Source: Candidatus Poribacteria bacterium (lineage in GTDB: Bacteria > Poribacteria > WGA-4E > PCPOR2b). From it: a stretch of 64,000 bases of DNA. The position numbers and the translations under genes were made by a program. The stretch covers positions 3,264,001 through 3,328,000 of the forward strand of contig OZ220744.1 of assembly GCA_965116925.1 (NCBI GenBank), given 5' to 3'. This document shows, piece by piece, positions 21,022-30,733 of the stretch; the first letter of the stretch is position 1, and each line of letters opens with the position of its first letter. The notes beneath the pieces were generated by a model that did not search any database, had not been told where the DNA came from, and worked only from the letters and a program-made list of their open reading frames with translations.

Positions 21022-21416
21022 ACATCTACGAAGAAGACATTCTCGATCATTACGAAAACCCAAGTAATTACGGAACACTTGAGAATCCCGACATCTCTTA
21101 TGAGGAAGACAATCCCCTGTGTGGCGATCAGATTCGGATGGATCTCAAGGTTGAGGACGGTATCATAACCGACCTTCGATTCTCTGGTCACGGTTGTACC
21201 ATCAGCCAAGCAGCCGCTTCAATGTTGACAGAAGAGATTAAAGGCAAACATCTGGATGAGGTCAAACAGTTAAGCAGAGATGATATCTTGGACATGCTCG
21301 GCATCCCCTTAGGTCCCGTCCGTCTCAAGTGTGGACTGTTGGCATTAAAAGTACTAAAAGCCGGTGCTTATGGTCTCAAGGGTTGGCCCGGAGAAGAAGA
21401 CGAGGAGACCGAATGA
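21018..21416 (+). CDS. sufU: SufU/IscU-type Fe-S scaffold or sulfurtransferase
   Basis: ILDHYENP.N, NPLCGD, GCTISQAAAS, RLKC. Confidence 0.93.
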   Translation: MNIYEEDILDHYENPSNYGTLENPDISYEEDNPLCGDQIRMDLKVEDGIITDLRFSGHGCTISQAAASMLTEEIKGKHLDEVKQLSRDDILDMLGIPLGPVRLKCGLLALKVLKAGAYGLKGWPGEEDEETE

Positions 21417-21727
21417 GCGAGTTTTTTGAGGTCGCAAAAGTCAGTGAACTGCCGCCGGGGGGCAAGAAACTGGTTGAAGTGGACGACATACCCGTTGCAC
21501 TGTTCAATGTAAATGGCGAGTTTTTCGCTATCGAAGATGTCTGCACCCACGATGGAGGGCCCCTCGCTGAAGGCGAACTTGATGGCGACGAGATCGAATG
21601 CCCACGACACGGGGCACGCTTCAACGTCTGCACCGGTGCAGTCCTGTGTATGCCAGCAACCGAGCCAGTCGAGTGTTACGAGGTCAAGGTTGAAGGCGAT
21701 ACGGTTTTCGTCCGCACAGATTATTAG
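21413..21727 (+). CDS. Rieske [2Fe-2S] ferredoxin
   Basis: CTHDG...CPRHGARF; ATGA overlap with sufU. Confidence 0.93.
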   Translation: MSEFFEVAKVSELPPGGKKLVEVDDIPVALFNVNGEFFAIEDVCTHDGGPLAEGELDGDEIECPRHGARFNVCTGAVLCMPATEPVECYEVKVEGDTVFVRTDY

Positions 21728-21736
21728 CCACTGGTG

Positions 21737-21855
21737 CTAGTACACTGTCAGGCAAATTATGATTGTCTATATGGATTGAGACTCATAATACTTCGTAGGG
21801 GTCGGGTCACCCGACCCCCTTGTTGATATGCAAAACTTATATGACTGAGTACTAG
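21737..21855. mobile_element. Family C MITE (119 bp, CTAGTAC...GTACTAG)
   Basis: Three near-identical copies (21737, 37162, 52111); about 14-bp TIR; GTAG-REP core. Confidence 0.9.
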
Positions 21856-21911
21856 TTGGTTTCACGTTTCACGCATCACGTTTTACTCTCGGTTGTGAAT
21901 GGAGGATTCTT

Positions 21912-22211
21912 ATGGTAACAGAAGATGCTGTATTTGAAGCAGTCAAAGAGATTATTGATCCAGAAGTTGGTATTAACATTGTTGATATGGGATTGATTTA
22001 CGGCGTTGACGTTGAGGACGAAACCGTTAACATCACAATGACCCTAACCAGCCCGGGCTGTCCCGCCGGTGGACAACTTATCAACGGAACGCAGCATGTC
22101 ACCCAACAACTTGAGGGCGTTGACGAAGTGAACATCAATGTCGTTTGGACGCCGCGTTGGACACCAGAAATGATGACCGAAGAAGCTAAGGACGAATTGG
22201 GTATCTTTTAA
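21912..22211 (+). CDS. sufT: DUF59/SufT Fe-S maturation protein
   Basis: IDPEVGINIVDMGLIY, MTLTSPGCP, VWTPRWTPEMM. Confidence 0.9.
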   Translation: MVTEDAVFEAVKEIIDPEVGINIVDMGLIYGVDVEDETVNITMTLTSPGCPAGGQLINGTQHVTQQLEGVDEVNINVVWTPRWTPEMMTEEAKDELGIF

Positions 22212-22220
22212 TTTTTGTCT

Positions 22221-22568
22221 ATGAGACAACAACAGCCGAAAACGATTAAAAGATTGGGGAACGACGGGCTGCAGATCGTCTGGAAAGATGGGCACGAAAG
22301 TGAATACACCTATCCATATCTCAGGCGTATGTGTCCATGTGCGGAGTGTTCAACGATAAGGCACAGGGGGCAGGACGTTCACTCCCTATTCGGCCCCGAA
22401 GGACTCGGCGATCCAAGCCAGATTACAGTTCCAACCGATACCCAACCCCTTAACCTCGAGCTTGTGGGTCGTTATGCCATCCAGTTTACTTGGAGCGACG
22501 GACATTCGACCGGCATCTACTCTTTTGAAACACTCCGGGAAATCTGTCCCTGTCCGCAGTGCACTTAA
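22221..22568 (+). CDS. DUF971 / GBBH-like N-terminal domain protein
   Basis: W.DGHES.Y...LR..CPCAEC, VGRYAIQFTWSDGHSTGIYSF. Confidence 0.88.
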   Translation: MRQQQPKTIKRLGNDGLQIVWKDGHESEYTYPYLRRMCPCAECSTIRHRGQDVHSLFGPEGLGDPSQITVPTDTQPLNLELVGRYAIQFTWSDGHSTGIYSFETLREICPCPQCT

Positions 22569-22589
22569 TCGAAACCGAGGAACAAAAAA

Positions 22590-22955
22590 TTGAAAACAGC
22601 AGACGCCTCCCAAGCACCTCCACCGTTTCAACCGGAGAAACACGAAATTTCGGTCCAAGAACTCAAGGGTAAACTTGATCAAGGCGAACCCATCCAACTC
22701 ATTGATGTTCGAGAACCGATGGAACACCAGATCGTTTGTCTTGAAGAGGCACAACTCATCCCGATGAATGACCTGCCCCAACATATTGAGGGTCTCGATC
22801 CCAATGGTGAAATCATTCTCCATTGCCATCACGGAATGCGAAGTATGCAAGCCGCTTACTACCTATACCAAAACGGTTTCCAAAACGTGAAAAGTTTGAC
22901 CGGTGGAATCGATCAGTGGGCAATCGAAATCGACCCCACACTAAATCGCTACTGA
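22590..22955 (+). CDS. Rhodanese-like sulfurtransferase
   Basis: LIDVREP.E, CHHGMRS, SLTGGIDQW...IDP. Confidence 0.9.
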   Translation: MKTADASQAPPPFQPEKHEISVQELKGKLDQGEPIQLIDVREPMEHQIVCLEEAQLIPMNDLPQHIEGLDPNGEIILHCHHGMRSMQAAYYLYQNGFQNVKSLTGGIDQWAIEIDPTLNRY

Positions 22956-22973
22956 TTCTTAGAGAGGATTAAA

Positions 22974-23153
22974 ATGTTTGTTGAGTTTGAAGATAGAACT
23001 GGCATCCTTGAACGGGTGGAGATGGAAATTGAAGAGCCGTGCCCAATCTGTTGCGGTATGCTGTTTCTCATTGATGAATCCAATTCGGAAAGCGGGTATC
23101 GTTGTAGCAGCTGCAGCGTCCTGTTTGAGCCTGTAGACGATGATGACCTGTAA
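22974..23153 (+). CDS. Small acidic zinc-ribbon protein (59 aa, missing from the ORF track)
   Basis: AGAGGA RBS; MFVEFEDRTGILERVEMEIEEPCPICCGMLFLIDESNSESGYRCSSCSVLFEPVDDDDL. Confidence 0.8.
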   Translation: MFVEFEDRTGILERVEMEIEEPCPICCGMLFLIDESNSESGYRCSSCSVLFEPVDDDDL

Positions 23154-23305
23154 AACAAACTGCCGAATCTTCATTTAGGAGTTACACCTGAGCCCCAATG
23201 CTGCGATCGAGATTCAAAACAACCTCCCTCCCCCAACTTTTGTCTTTCCGCGATCTCAAAGAGTATCCCCTCGTTAAATAACGTTAACAACTTGAGTTAA
23301 TATCC

Positions 23306-23490
23306 GTAGCGCAAACTGTTAGTTTGCGAGCTGGGATCACAATCTAACAGATCGTGGTACAAAAGTCGATCGTAGGTCGAGATTCACATCTCGACACAAA
23401 ACCGTCGATTTTGGCAAATCGACCTACAGAAGAAATCCGAAGCCATCTCTGACGTGTGAACAAAGGGTTGGGAGACCCAACCCCTACGAA
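23306..23490. repeat. REP doublets (REPIN-like)
   Basis: gtagcgcaaactgttagtttgcg...cacaatctaacagatcgtggtac (inverted copy at 37038-37096, partial at about 39521); gtaggtcgagattcacatctcgac...aaatcgacctac. Confidence 0.8.
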
Positions 23491-23566
23491 GGGGCATGTG
23501 TTTGTGTGCCCCCTTGATCGTCTGATTACGATGAAATGTCAACAGAACCTAGCAAGACGAATTAAC

Positions 23567-24406
23567 ATGGAAAGAATTTGTCGAATAACACAACTAACCT
23601 TATTTGTTATGCTGTTTGTGGTTATCAGCAGCGGACTTTTCGGTTGTGCCGGAAGAATCAGCGATATTAACATCTTCACCGACGCACAAGAAGTCCAGCT
23701 TGGGAAACAATTCTCTGGCGAAATCGAAAAAGAGATGAAGATGTACTCAGATCCGATTGTGACCGCGTACATCGATCAACTCGGACAACACCTCGCAAAC
23801 CATTCCCAACGACAGAACATCACCTACCACTTCAAGGTTGTGGACACCGACGTTGTCAATGCGTTTGCAGTACCGGGCGGATATCTCTATGTGAATATTG
23901 GACTGATCCGTGCGGCAGAAAATGAATCCGAACTAGCAGGCGTGATTGGTCATGAAATCGGACATGTCGTCGGTAAACACGGCGTAAAGCAGATGACCCG
24001 ACAACTTGGGCTCGCAGCGGTGGCACAGTTGGCTCTGGGAGAAGACCAAAGCAAACTCAAACAGATGGTCGCTAACTTGGCTGCGGGTGGAGTCCTGATG
24101 AAGTACAGCCGGGACGCTGAGAGGGAGGCAGATATATACGCCGTCCAAGAGATGTATGATGCCGGCATCAACCCCGAAGGTATGGCGACATTTTTTGAAA
24201 AACTGCTTGAACGCCAGAGAGGGAAGCCGTCAAGGCTTGCACAGATGTTCTCGACACATCCGCCGACAACTGAACGGATTGCCGCTGTCCGGTCGCAGAT
24301 AGCCAAATTGCCCCGAAAGTCCAATCTGAAGAAAGATTCTCAGCGTTTTCACCAAATAAAAAAACGGCTGCCACCCCCCTCAAAAACGTCGAAAGGGAAA
24401 CGCTAA
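23567..24406 (+). CDS. M48 family metalloprotease lipoprotein
   Basis: LFGC lipobox, NAFAVPGG, HEIGH, EREAD, STHP. Confidence 0.92.
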   Translation: MERICRITQLTLFVMLFVVISSGLFGCAGRISDINIFTDAQEVQLGKQFSGEIEKEMKMYSDPIVTAYIDQLGQHLANHSQRQNITYHFKVVDTDVVNAFAVPGGYLYVNIGLIRAAENESELAGVIGHEIGHVVGKHGVKQMTRQLGLAAVAQLALGEDQSKLKQMVANLAAGGVLMKYSRDAEREADIYAVQEMYDAGINPEGMATFFEKLLERQRGKPSRLAQMFSTHPPTTERIAAVRSQIAKLPRKSNLKKDSQRFHQIKKRLPPPSKTSKGKR

Positions 24407-24443
24407 AACGCCACCAATACCAAACGATCAATGACCGAAAGGA

Positions 24444-25625
24444 GTGCATCGAATGCGTTGGTTACTACCCGTTTTAAGCGTGGTTTTCATTGTCTTGTTA
24501 TTCTCTTCAGATGCTCAAGGGTTTATTTATCGAGAGTTTACCATCCAAGAGATTATTGAGGGCAGCACCAATATCGCGTTTGGAAAAATTAAAAGCGTCG
24601 ATACCAAGAGAATGAACGCCATCATTGAGATCGAAGAGGATCTCAAGGGACAAAAACTTGACCAGATTAAACTCAACATTGCCACCGGTTGGTATGTCCG
24701 AGGAAGCTCACCGCAGAAGATGATCGATCTACTCAAAGTCGGTATGCCCCTCATCGTTTTTTACCAACAGACGTATGTTGTCGAAGCACTTGGATATTTT
24801 GATGGAACGTGGTATAGAAACCGCACGAGGGATCCTAAAGGATGGTGGGTGTTTACGCATCTGTGTCCCTATATGGAGCGGACATTCGATGGAACAACTA
24901 TCGAATTCCGAGAGGTTATCCGAGCGATTCTCGCGGGTGAGCGATGGGTGGGGGCGCCGGAAGATGCCTTGAAGATATTGACTTTGACGGGAAATACTGA
25001 AGTCATGCCGTCTGATAGTCCCGTTCCTGTGCCAACCAACACCGTCAGTTATGAATACAACACCATCCGATCTGTCCGCAAGGTTAAGAACAGAACGATG
25101 GCGTACGAGGCAACCCAAGATCCCGCCTTGCCCGGCTTAGACGAAGTCGATATGTTGTGGCTTGGACATCGCGAGATCGCTTATGGCGGTTACCTGCTCA
25201 ACGAAGCAACTGAGAAGAAGATCAAAGCCTTCGTCGAAAATGGCGGGATTGTTATTGTGAGCGGACAGGACGCGGATCGGGAAGAGCCGTTTGAAATCGG
25301 TTGGTTGGCAGGAAGTATGAACGGTGTTGAACGAAAGCCAACTCAGGATTTTGCTGTCACAGAGCAAGGGCAAAAACTGTTTGCCGAACCGAATGAGATC
25401 CAAGCCGGGCGTCTGTATATCGATGACACTTGGACGGATTGGGACAGTGACTTTCAAGTGTTAGCGACTGCCAATGACGGAGAAGACCTCGTTGTTGGAG
25501 TACGAAAGCACGGCAAAGGGCTGTACATCATCACAAGCCTCCGCAATGATAATCGGTACACCGTTGAAAGAAACAAGGGGTTAATCGAGAATATCCTTCA
25601 CTACGCCGCCAGCCAAGTTCAATAA
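24444..25625 (+). CDS. Secreted hypothetical protein, C-terminal class I GATase-like domain
   Basis: Signal peptide; IKAFVENGGIVIV and HGKGLYII patterns. Confidence 0.65.
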   Translation: MHRMRWLLPVLSVVFIVLLFSSDAQGFIYREFTIQEIIEGSTNIAFGKIKSVDTKRMNAIIEIEEDLKGQKLDQIKLNIATGWYVRGSSPQKMIDLLKVGMPLIVFYQQTYVVEALGYFDGTWYRNRTRDPKGWWVFTHLCPYMERTFDGTTIEFREVIRAILAGERWVGAPEDALKILTLTGNTEVMPSDSPVPVPTNTVSYEYNTIRSVRKVKNRTMAYEATQDPALPGLDEVDMLWLGHREIAYGGYLLNEATEKKIKAFVENGGIVIVSGQDADREEPFEIGWLAGSMNGVERKPTQDFAVTEQGQKLFAEPNEIQAGRLYIDDTWTDWDSDFQVLATANDGEDLVVGVRKHGKGLYIITSLRNDNRYTVERNKGLIENILHYAASQVQ

Positions 25626-25889
25626 CGCGAAACCTCTCAGAAAATCTACCCACGTTCAGGGGAAATCGGCTTCACCGGCTCATTTCTCCATCAATTAAAT
25701 TTCTCGCCTATCCTCTCTTTCACCCCTCCTCCCTGCTATTGTCACCTCAAGCGTTCACTTATTCAAAACTTCTTTCGCGCATCAAGGCGGATATATTTCC
25801 GCCTTGCACAATTAACCAATTTTTCCTTGAGATTCAAGGCAACCTATGCTACACTCTCATTCACGTTATCCAATTAACGGGAGGGCACT

Positions 25890-26473
25890 ATGAATACTAA
25901 TCCTGAGACCACTGAACTCCGAGAAGTTGTTCAGCAAAGGATCGAAATGGTCAAACAGAATGCCTACTTGCGTGGTGCATTTGAGCAGATGAACAAACGC
26001 TTCAATGACTTATAGTGAATTCAAAAAATAAAGAAACACTTGCGCCCCCCCGGTAGGTGCGGTTTGTAACCGCACCGGTTTGGCGTGTCCCATTAATTCT
26101 AAAATCTACTATAGTTGAATCTATCAACCAACGCTTTGAACAAGTGGACAAACGCTTTGGGCAGGTGAACCGACGCTTTGATGACTCGGCTGAATCTGTC
26201 AACCAACGCTTCGATCCGGTGGACAAACGTATCAATGACCTTATCCAACTTTTCGATTACCGCTTTGAGCAAGTAGATAAACGTATTGACGACCTTACCC
26301 AGTCTGTCAACCAACGCTTCGAGCAGATGGAAAGACGCTTTGAGGCAATGGAGGGATAGACTTCTAGCGTTGAGGGGCAAGTCAGTACGCAGTTGAGATG
26401 GATTATTGGGTTGATGGCATCAATGTATCTAGCACTCATCGCTTTGATTATCAAGGTGTTTTTAGGATCATAA
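25890..26473 (+). pseudogene. Coiled-coil repeat protein with C-terminal membrane anchor (DUF1640/CCDC90-like), disrupted
   Basis: Removing the MITE at 26011-26113 restores the frame. In-frame TAG at 26357 precedes the TM tail LRWIIGLMASMYLALIALIIKVFLGS. Confidence 0.85.
26011..26113. mobile_element. Family A MITE inserted into a gene with TA duplication
   Basis: GAC T|TATAGTGAATT...AATCTACTATA|GTT GAA. Confidence 0.92.
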
Positions 26474-26495
26474 TTTTCAAATAAACGGAAAGCCG

Positions 26496-27800
26496 ATGCA
26501 CTCAATAAACAAAATCGCTGCACTGTCCCTACTTCTTTTTTTTACGATAGCGAGCAGCGTCTACCCACAGTGGTTACTTGTACCGATGGATAATACACAG
26601 GTCAACCATCTGAAGGCTTACGGATTGACCTACTGGACACTCGAAGTTCCCCGCGAATATGATGCAAAGTGGTTGTTAAACTATCGCGGCGGCTCCTTTC
26701 TTCTGAATGATTCCCCAGATGTACAACTTAAAGCGCAAGTGATGGGGGTCAGTTTCCAGCCAATCTCAACTGCCGAGTACGGTGCAATCCAAGTAGAAAT
26801 GGATAACAGCAATATGGATGAGATCCTGCTGGAAAAAGCACCCAAGATCGCCGTATACGCCCCATCGGAGGATTCGCCCTACCGAGATCCATGGGACGAT
26901 GCCGTAAAAATTGCCCTTGAATACGCGGAGATTCCATACGATACAATCTGGGATAAAGAGGTCGAAGCTGGGATACTGTTTACAGGAGAGTATGATTGGC
27001 TACATCTGCATCACGAAGATTTTACAGGGCAGCACGGAAAATTCCACAGCGCGTATAAGGGGCAAGTCTGGTATCAACAGCGCAAACATCTGTTTGAGGG
27101 TGCTGCAGCGGACGCAGGATTTAACAGCGTGCCGAAGCACAAAGCGTACATTACCCAGCTAATCCAAGATTACATCGTCAAAGGCGGATTCCTTTTCGCC
27201 ATGTGTTCTGCACCAGAAACGCTGGATATCGCGCTCTCGACAAACGGAGGAAGCGTGGACATCGTCGCCCCAGAACTCGACGGAACCCCACTGGCTCCGG
27301 ACTATCAGTCCAAGCTCGATTTCAATAAAACCTTTGCCTTTGAAAGGTTTGTCCTTTACCCCAACCCGAATCGGTACGAATTTTCAAATATCGACAACCC
27401 ACGCCCAGAACTCAATCCGCTCACAGGTCTGGAGGATTTCATCCTGTTTGAGTTCGCCGCAAAGCATGATCCCATTCCCACCATGCTCACCCAAAATCAT
27501 GTGAATCGGGTGCGTGGATTCCTCGGACAGACCACATCGTTCAACAAGAACACCATCCGTGAAACAATCACAATCATGGGTGACATCGAAGGTACCCGCT
27601 ATGCCAAGTACGTTCACGGCAAGTTGGGCAAGGGCACATTCACATTTCTCGGTGGACATGATCCGGAGGACTATCGCCACCTCGTCGGCGAGGGCAGAGT
27701 CCCGACCAACTTAGATCTCCATAAACATTCGCCCGGCTACCGGCTTATCCTGAACAACATCTTGTTCCCCGCAGCAAAGAAAAAGCCCCAGAAGACGTAA
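26496..27800 (+). CDS. Conserved secreted protein (family often labelled 'asparagine synthetase B')
   Basis: Signal peptide; NHLKAYG, WLLNYRGGSF, WLHLHHEDFTGQ, GGHDPEDY, NNILFPAAKKK. Confidence 0.75.
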   Translation: MHSINKIAALSLLLFFTIASSVYPQWLLVPMDNTQVNHLKAYGLTYWTLEVPREYDAKWLLNYRGGSFLLNDSPDVQLKAQVMGVSFQPISTAEYGAIQVEMDNSNMDEILLEKAPKIAVYAPSEDSPYRDPWDDAVKIALEYAEIPYDTIWDKEVEAGILFTGEYDWLHLHHEDFTGQHGKFHSAYKGQVWYQQRKHLFEGAAADAGFNSVPKHKAYITQLIQDYIVKGGFLFAMCSAPETLDIALSTNGGSVDIVAPELDGTPLAPDYQSKLDFNKTFAFERFVLYPNPNRYEFSNIDNPRPELNPLTGLEDFILFEFAAKHDPIPTMLTQNHVNRVRGFLGQTTSFNKNTIRETITIMGDIEGTRYAKYVHGKLGKGTFTFLGGHDPEDYRHLVGEGRVPTNLDLHKHSPGYRLILNNILFPAAKKKPQKT

Positions 27801-27825
27801 TAGATTCAAATAGATCTCCGTAATC

Positions 27826-27906
27826 CGTAGGTTGGGTTGAACGGAGTGAAACCCAACATCCTCCTGTAGCAACACCGTCGCTGTAGGTCGAGATTCACAT
27901 CTCGAC
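27826..27906. repeat. Two GTAG-REP hairpins
   Basis: Same classes as those at 5008 and 23372. Confidence 0.75.
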
Positions 27907-27937
27907 GATCCCCTGTACACACAGAAAGGAGAATACA

Positions 27938-28372
27938 ATGGCATACTTTTTCCACAAAGAAGATGCAGAAGTTGTTCGGATTGAAGGCGAAGCACCCCGC
28001 ACACTGTACACCTGTATTGAACCCAAGACAGCCGATACCGAGCATTTTTCGATGGGGCTAGAGGAGATTGATCCCCACAGCGAAATCCCGTGGCATTCCC
28101 ATTCCGATGCGGAGGAGATTATCTTTGTATTTGGCGGAGAAGGTGTAGGATATGTCGCCGATGAAGTGGCAGACCTGAAACCGGGAACAGTGATTTACCT
28201 GCCGCCGACGGTCGAACACCGCTTTGTCAACACCGGCGACACGCCGCTCTGGATCACGTGGGCACTTTCGCCCCCCGGCTTTGAGACACAAATTCGGAAA
28301 ATCGCCGATGGGTCCGCTGGGATGGAGGTCTTTAGTGAAACAGAAGATGCGAATTCCGATGGACAGTCCTAG
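27938..28372 (+). CDS. Cupin domain protein
   Basis: PWHSH..AEE...G.G, LKPG.VIYLPP.VEH.F.N. Confidence 0.9.
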   Translation: MAYFFHKEDAEVVRIEGEAPRTLYTCIEPKTADTEHFSMGLEEIDPHSEIPWHSHSDAEEIIFVFGGEGVGYVADEVADLKPGTVIYLPPTVEHRFVNTGDTPLWITWALSPPGFETQIRKIADGSAGMEVFSETEDANSDGQS

Positions 28373-28405
28373 GGGAATCAGGCGTTTCACAAATCGGCAG
28401 TTGAT

Positions 28406-29311
28406 ATGACAGAAAACTACCGTTACCCCAATATTCTCCAGGCTATCTGGATTCTGGTTTTACTCAATATTCTATCGAGCGTGTTACTTATCCTCTGGTA
28501 TAGCTTTGTGCGTGTGACCGGCTTTCTGCTTCTAGTTCACTTCGCTGTCACGTCATTGATTGGTCTCATTCCCTACGGGCTAATTTTGATGAGAGGGCTT
28601 AAACGCGCTAACACCTCATTCAGAGAAATATGTCCGCTCGTGCCGGTACGATTGTCCCTATTTTTCCCAATGGCTCTCACAATCATTGGCATCTTTAGCC
28701 TACTTGAAATAGGGTCTTGGCTAAACTTCTTCCCGTCCCCGTCAGAGTGGTACCCAGAGTGGTACACCGATTTTATGTATAATCTTGTGGTTGCTCCAAA
28801 TGCTCATGTGGTTGCTCCAATGTGGGTTATAGCTGCAAGTTTCGTGATAGTTGGCCCCTTGACTGAAGAACTGTTAGTGCGAGGGTTGATACTACGTGGT
28901 TTTCTGAGTCGTTATAGCGTGCGAAAAGCTGTCCTTGCTTCCGCCCTGCTTCCTGTATTGATACCCTTCAATTCTTTGAACTTCATCGGTCTCACTATGT
29001 TGGGCATTCTACTCGCATGGTGGTTTATTCAGACGCGCTCGATGCTTCCCTGTTTTCTTGGTCATGCCCTCTATGGCGCGTTGGAAATCGCTTATATCCT
29101 ACTTAGTCAATTGGAGCTTAGTCAATCGGAGATATGGTTTCAGCCTCTCTTGGAGATATGGTTTCGTTTTTTCTGGGGGAACTTTGTCTGGGGGAACCTT
29201 ATTGGTGTCATACTGACAGCGTTAGGGATATGGCTTTTGGTTCATCAGTTTCGGAAATCGAGTGATATAGTTCCTGAAGATGTATCTGGAGATAGATCCG
29301 ACCAATTATGA
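28406..29311 (+). CDS. CPBP (Abi/CAAX) intramembrane protease-like protein, degenerate
   Basis: Multiple TM segments and GPLTEELLVRG; the FxxxH motif is absent. Confidence 0.75.
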   Translation: MTENYRYPNILQAIWILVLLNILSSVLLILWYSFVRVTGFLLLVHFAVTSLIGLIPYGLILMRGLKRANTSFREICPLVPVRLSLFFPMALTIIGIFSLLEIGSWLNFFPSPSEWYPEWYTDFMYNLVVAPNAHVVAPMWVIAASFVIVGPLTEELLVRGLILRGFLSRYSVRKAVLASALLPVLIPFNSLNFIGLTMLGILLAWWFIQTRSMLPCFLGHALYGALEIAYILLSQLELSQSEIWFQPLLEIWFRFFWGNFVWGNLIGVILTALGIWLLVHQFRKSSDIVPEDVSGDRSDQL

Positions 29312-30678
29312 GCGAAAAAAAGAAAATCTATTTCCGCTACGACGACGGCACGGTTATCGCTGAAAACGCAGAGACACCGCCCCCACACTTTCAGTGGGAC
29401 ACGCGGGTTGAAAAATGGCGCGCCCTTGCGCTGCACTACCCAATCGCTGTCGAGCAATTGCGCGAGAACGACGTCCAATACACAACAAGCGTCCCGAAAT
29501 ACCGAACCATCAAGCCAACGCTCAAACTCGATTTCGACCTCCACGACTATCAACGGGAAGGATTACAGGCGTGGATCGATGCGGATTGCCTCGGCACCGT
29601 TGTTTTACCGACAGGCGCAGGCAAAACGCTCCTTGCCCTCAAAGCCATCGAACATGTGGGACGCAGCACACTGATCATTGTGCCAACGATTGATCTGCTC
29701 AACCAATGGTACGACCTACTGACCAACGCTTTTGACCTCGAAATCGGTATTTTGGGAGGCGGATACCACGAACTCCAAGAGATTACCGTCACGACTTACG
29801 ACAGCGCGTATCGCTACAGCAACGAATACGGCAATCGCTTCGGCTTCCTGATTTTTGACGAAGTGCATCACCTCCCTTCTCCAAGCTACAGCCACATTCC
29901 AGAACTCAGTATCGCTTCGAGACGGCTCGGCTTGACAGCAACGTATGAACGGGCGGACCGAATGGAGGAGAGACTGCGTCAACTGATCGGTGAAGTGGTC
30001 TATCGAAAGTCGATTGACGAACTCAAGGGCGAGTATCTCTCAGAATATGAAACCGTTCGGCTCTACGTCGAGCTGACTGAAGCAGAGCGAGAAGAATATA
30101 CGCGAGAACGCGCAATCTATCTCGATTTTCTCCGTAGTCGAAATATCCAACTGTTCGGCGGCGGTTGGAGCAAATTTGTCCGACTCAGCACAAGAGAAAA
30201 AGCGGCACGGCGGGCGATGCTTGCGTTGAACAGATCCAAAGCCATCGCACTCGAAGCCGAAGCCAAGTTAATTCTCCTTGAATCCCTGCTGAAACAACAT
30301 CGCAAAGATCGAGTCTTGATCTTCACCGGAAGCAACCGCTTCGCCTATCGCATCTCTACGCGCCACCTGCTGCCGGCAATTACGCATCAGACCAAAACCA
30401 AAGAACGTAAACAGATTCTTGAACGCTTCAACGCCGGCGAATATCCCGCCATCATCACGTCGAAGGTACTTAACGAAGGAATCAATGTCCCGGAGGCAAA
30501 TATCGGTATTATCCTCGGTGGCAGCGGGAGCACACGCGAACATACCCAACGACTGGGCCGCATTCTTCGTAAACGCGAAGGGAAATATGCGATCTTGTAC
30601 GAAGTGGTGACCAAAGACACACTCGAAAAGGGTGTGTCCCAACGTAGACGACAGAAGCCTGTCAAGCGGGACCCATAA
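29308..30678 (+). CDS. XPB/Rad25-like superfamily 2 helicase
   Basis: LPTGAGKT, FDEVHH, LGLTAT, NEGINVP, QRLGRILR. Confidence 0.92.
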   Translation: MSEKKKIYFRYDDGTVIAENAETPPPHFQWDTRVEKWRALALHYPIAVEQLRENDVQYTTSVPKYRTIKPTLKLDFDLHDYQREGLQAWIDADCLGTVVLPTGAGKTLLALKAIEHVGRSTLIIVPTIDLLNQWYDLLTNAFDLEIGILGGGYHELQEITVTTYDSAYRYSNEYGNRFGFLIFDEVHHLPSPSYSHIPELSIASRRLGLTATYERADRMEERLRQLIGEVVYRKSIDELKGEYLSEYETVRLYVELTEAEREEYTRERAIYLDFLRSRNIQLFGGGWSKFVRLSTREKAARRAMLALNRSKAIALEAEAKLILLESLLKQHRKDRVLIFTGSNRFAYRISTRHLLPAITHQTKTKERKQILERFNAGEYPAIITSKVLNEGINVPEANIGIILGGSGSTREHTQRLGRILRKREGKYAILYEVVTKDTLEKGVSQRRRQKPVKRDP

Positions 30679-30733
30679 CGTGCCTCCTCGGTCTTCTAAA
30701 ATTGTTGTTTTGACAATGGGCTGCTGAACATAT

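Noticed and set aside
26357..26359. In-frame TAG as programmed readthrough or recoding
   Set aside because: The gene is already MITE-disrupted and TAG ends many normal genes here (moaA, sufB); a nonsense mutation is simpler.
26496..27800. True asparagine synthetase B
   Set aside because: Has a signal peptide and lacks the N-terminal Cys GATase and SGGLDS motifs.
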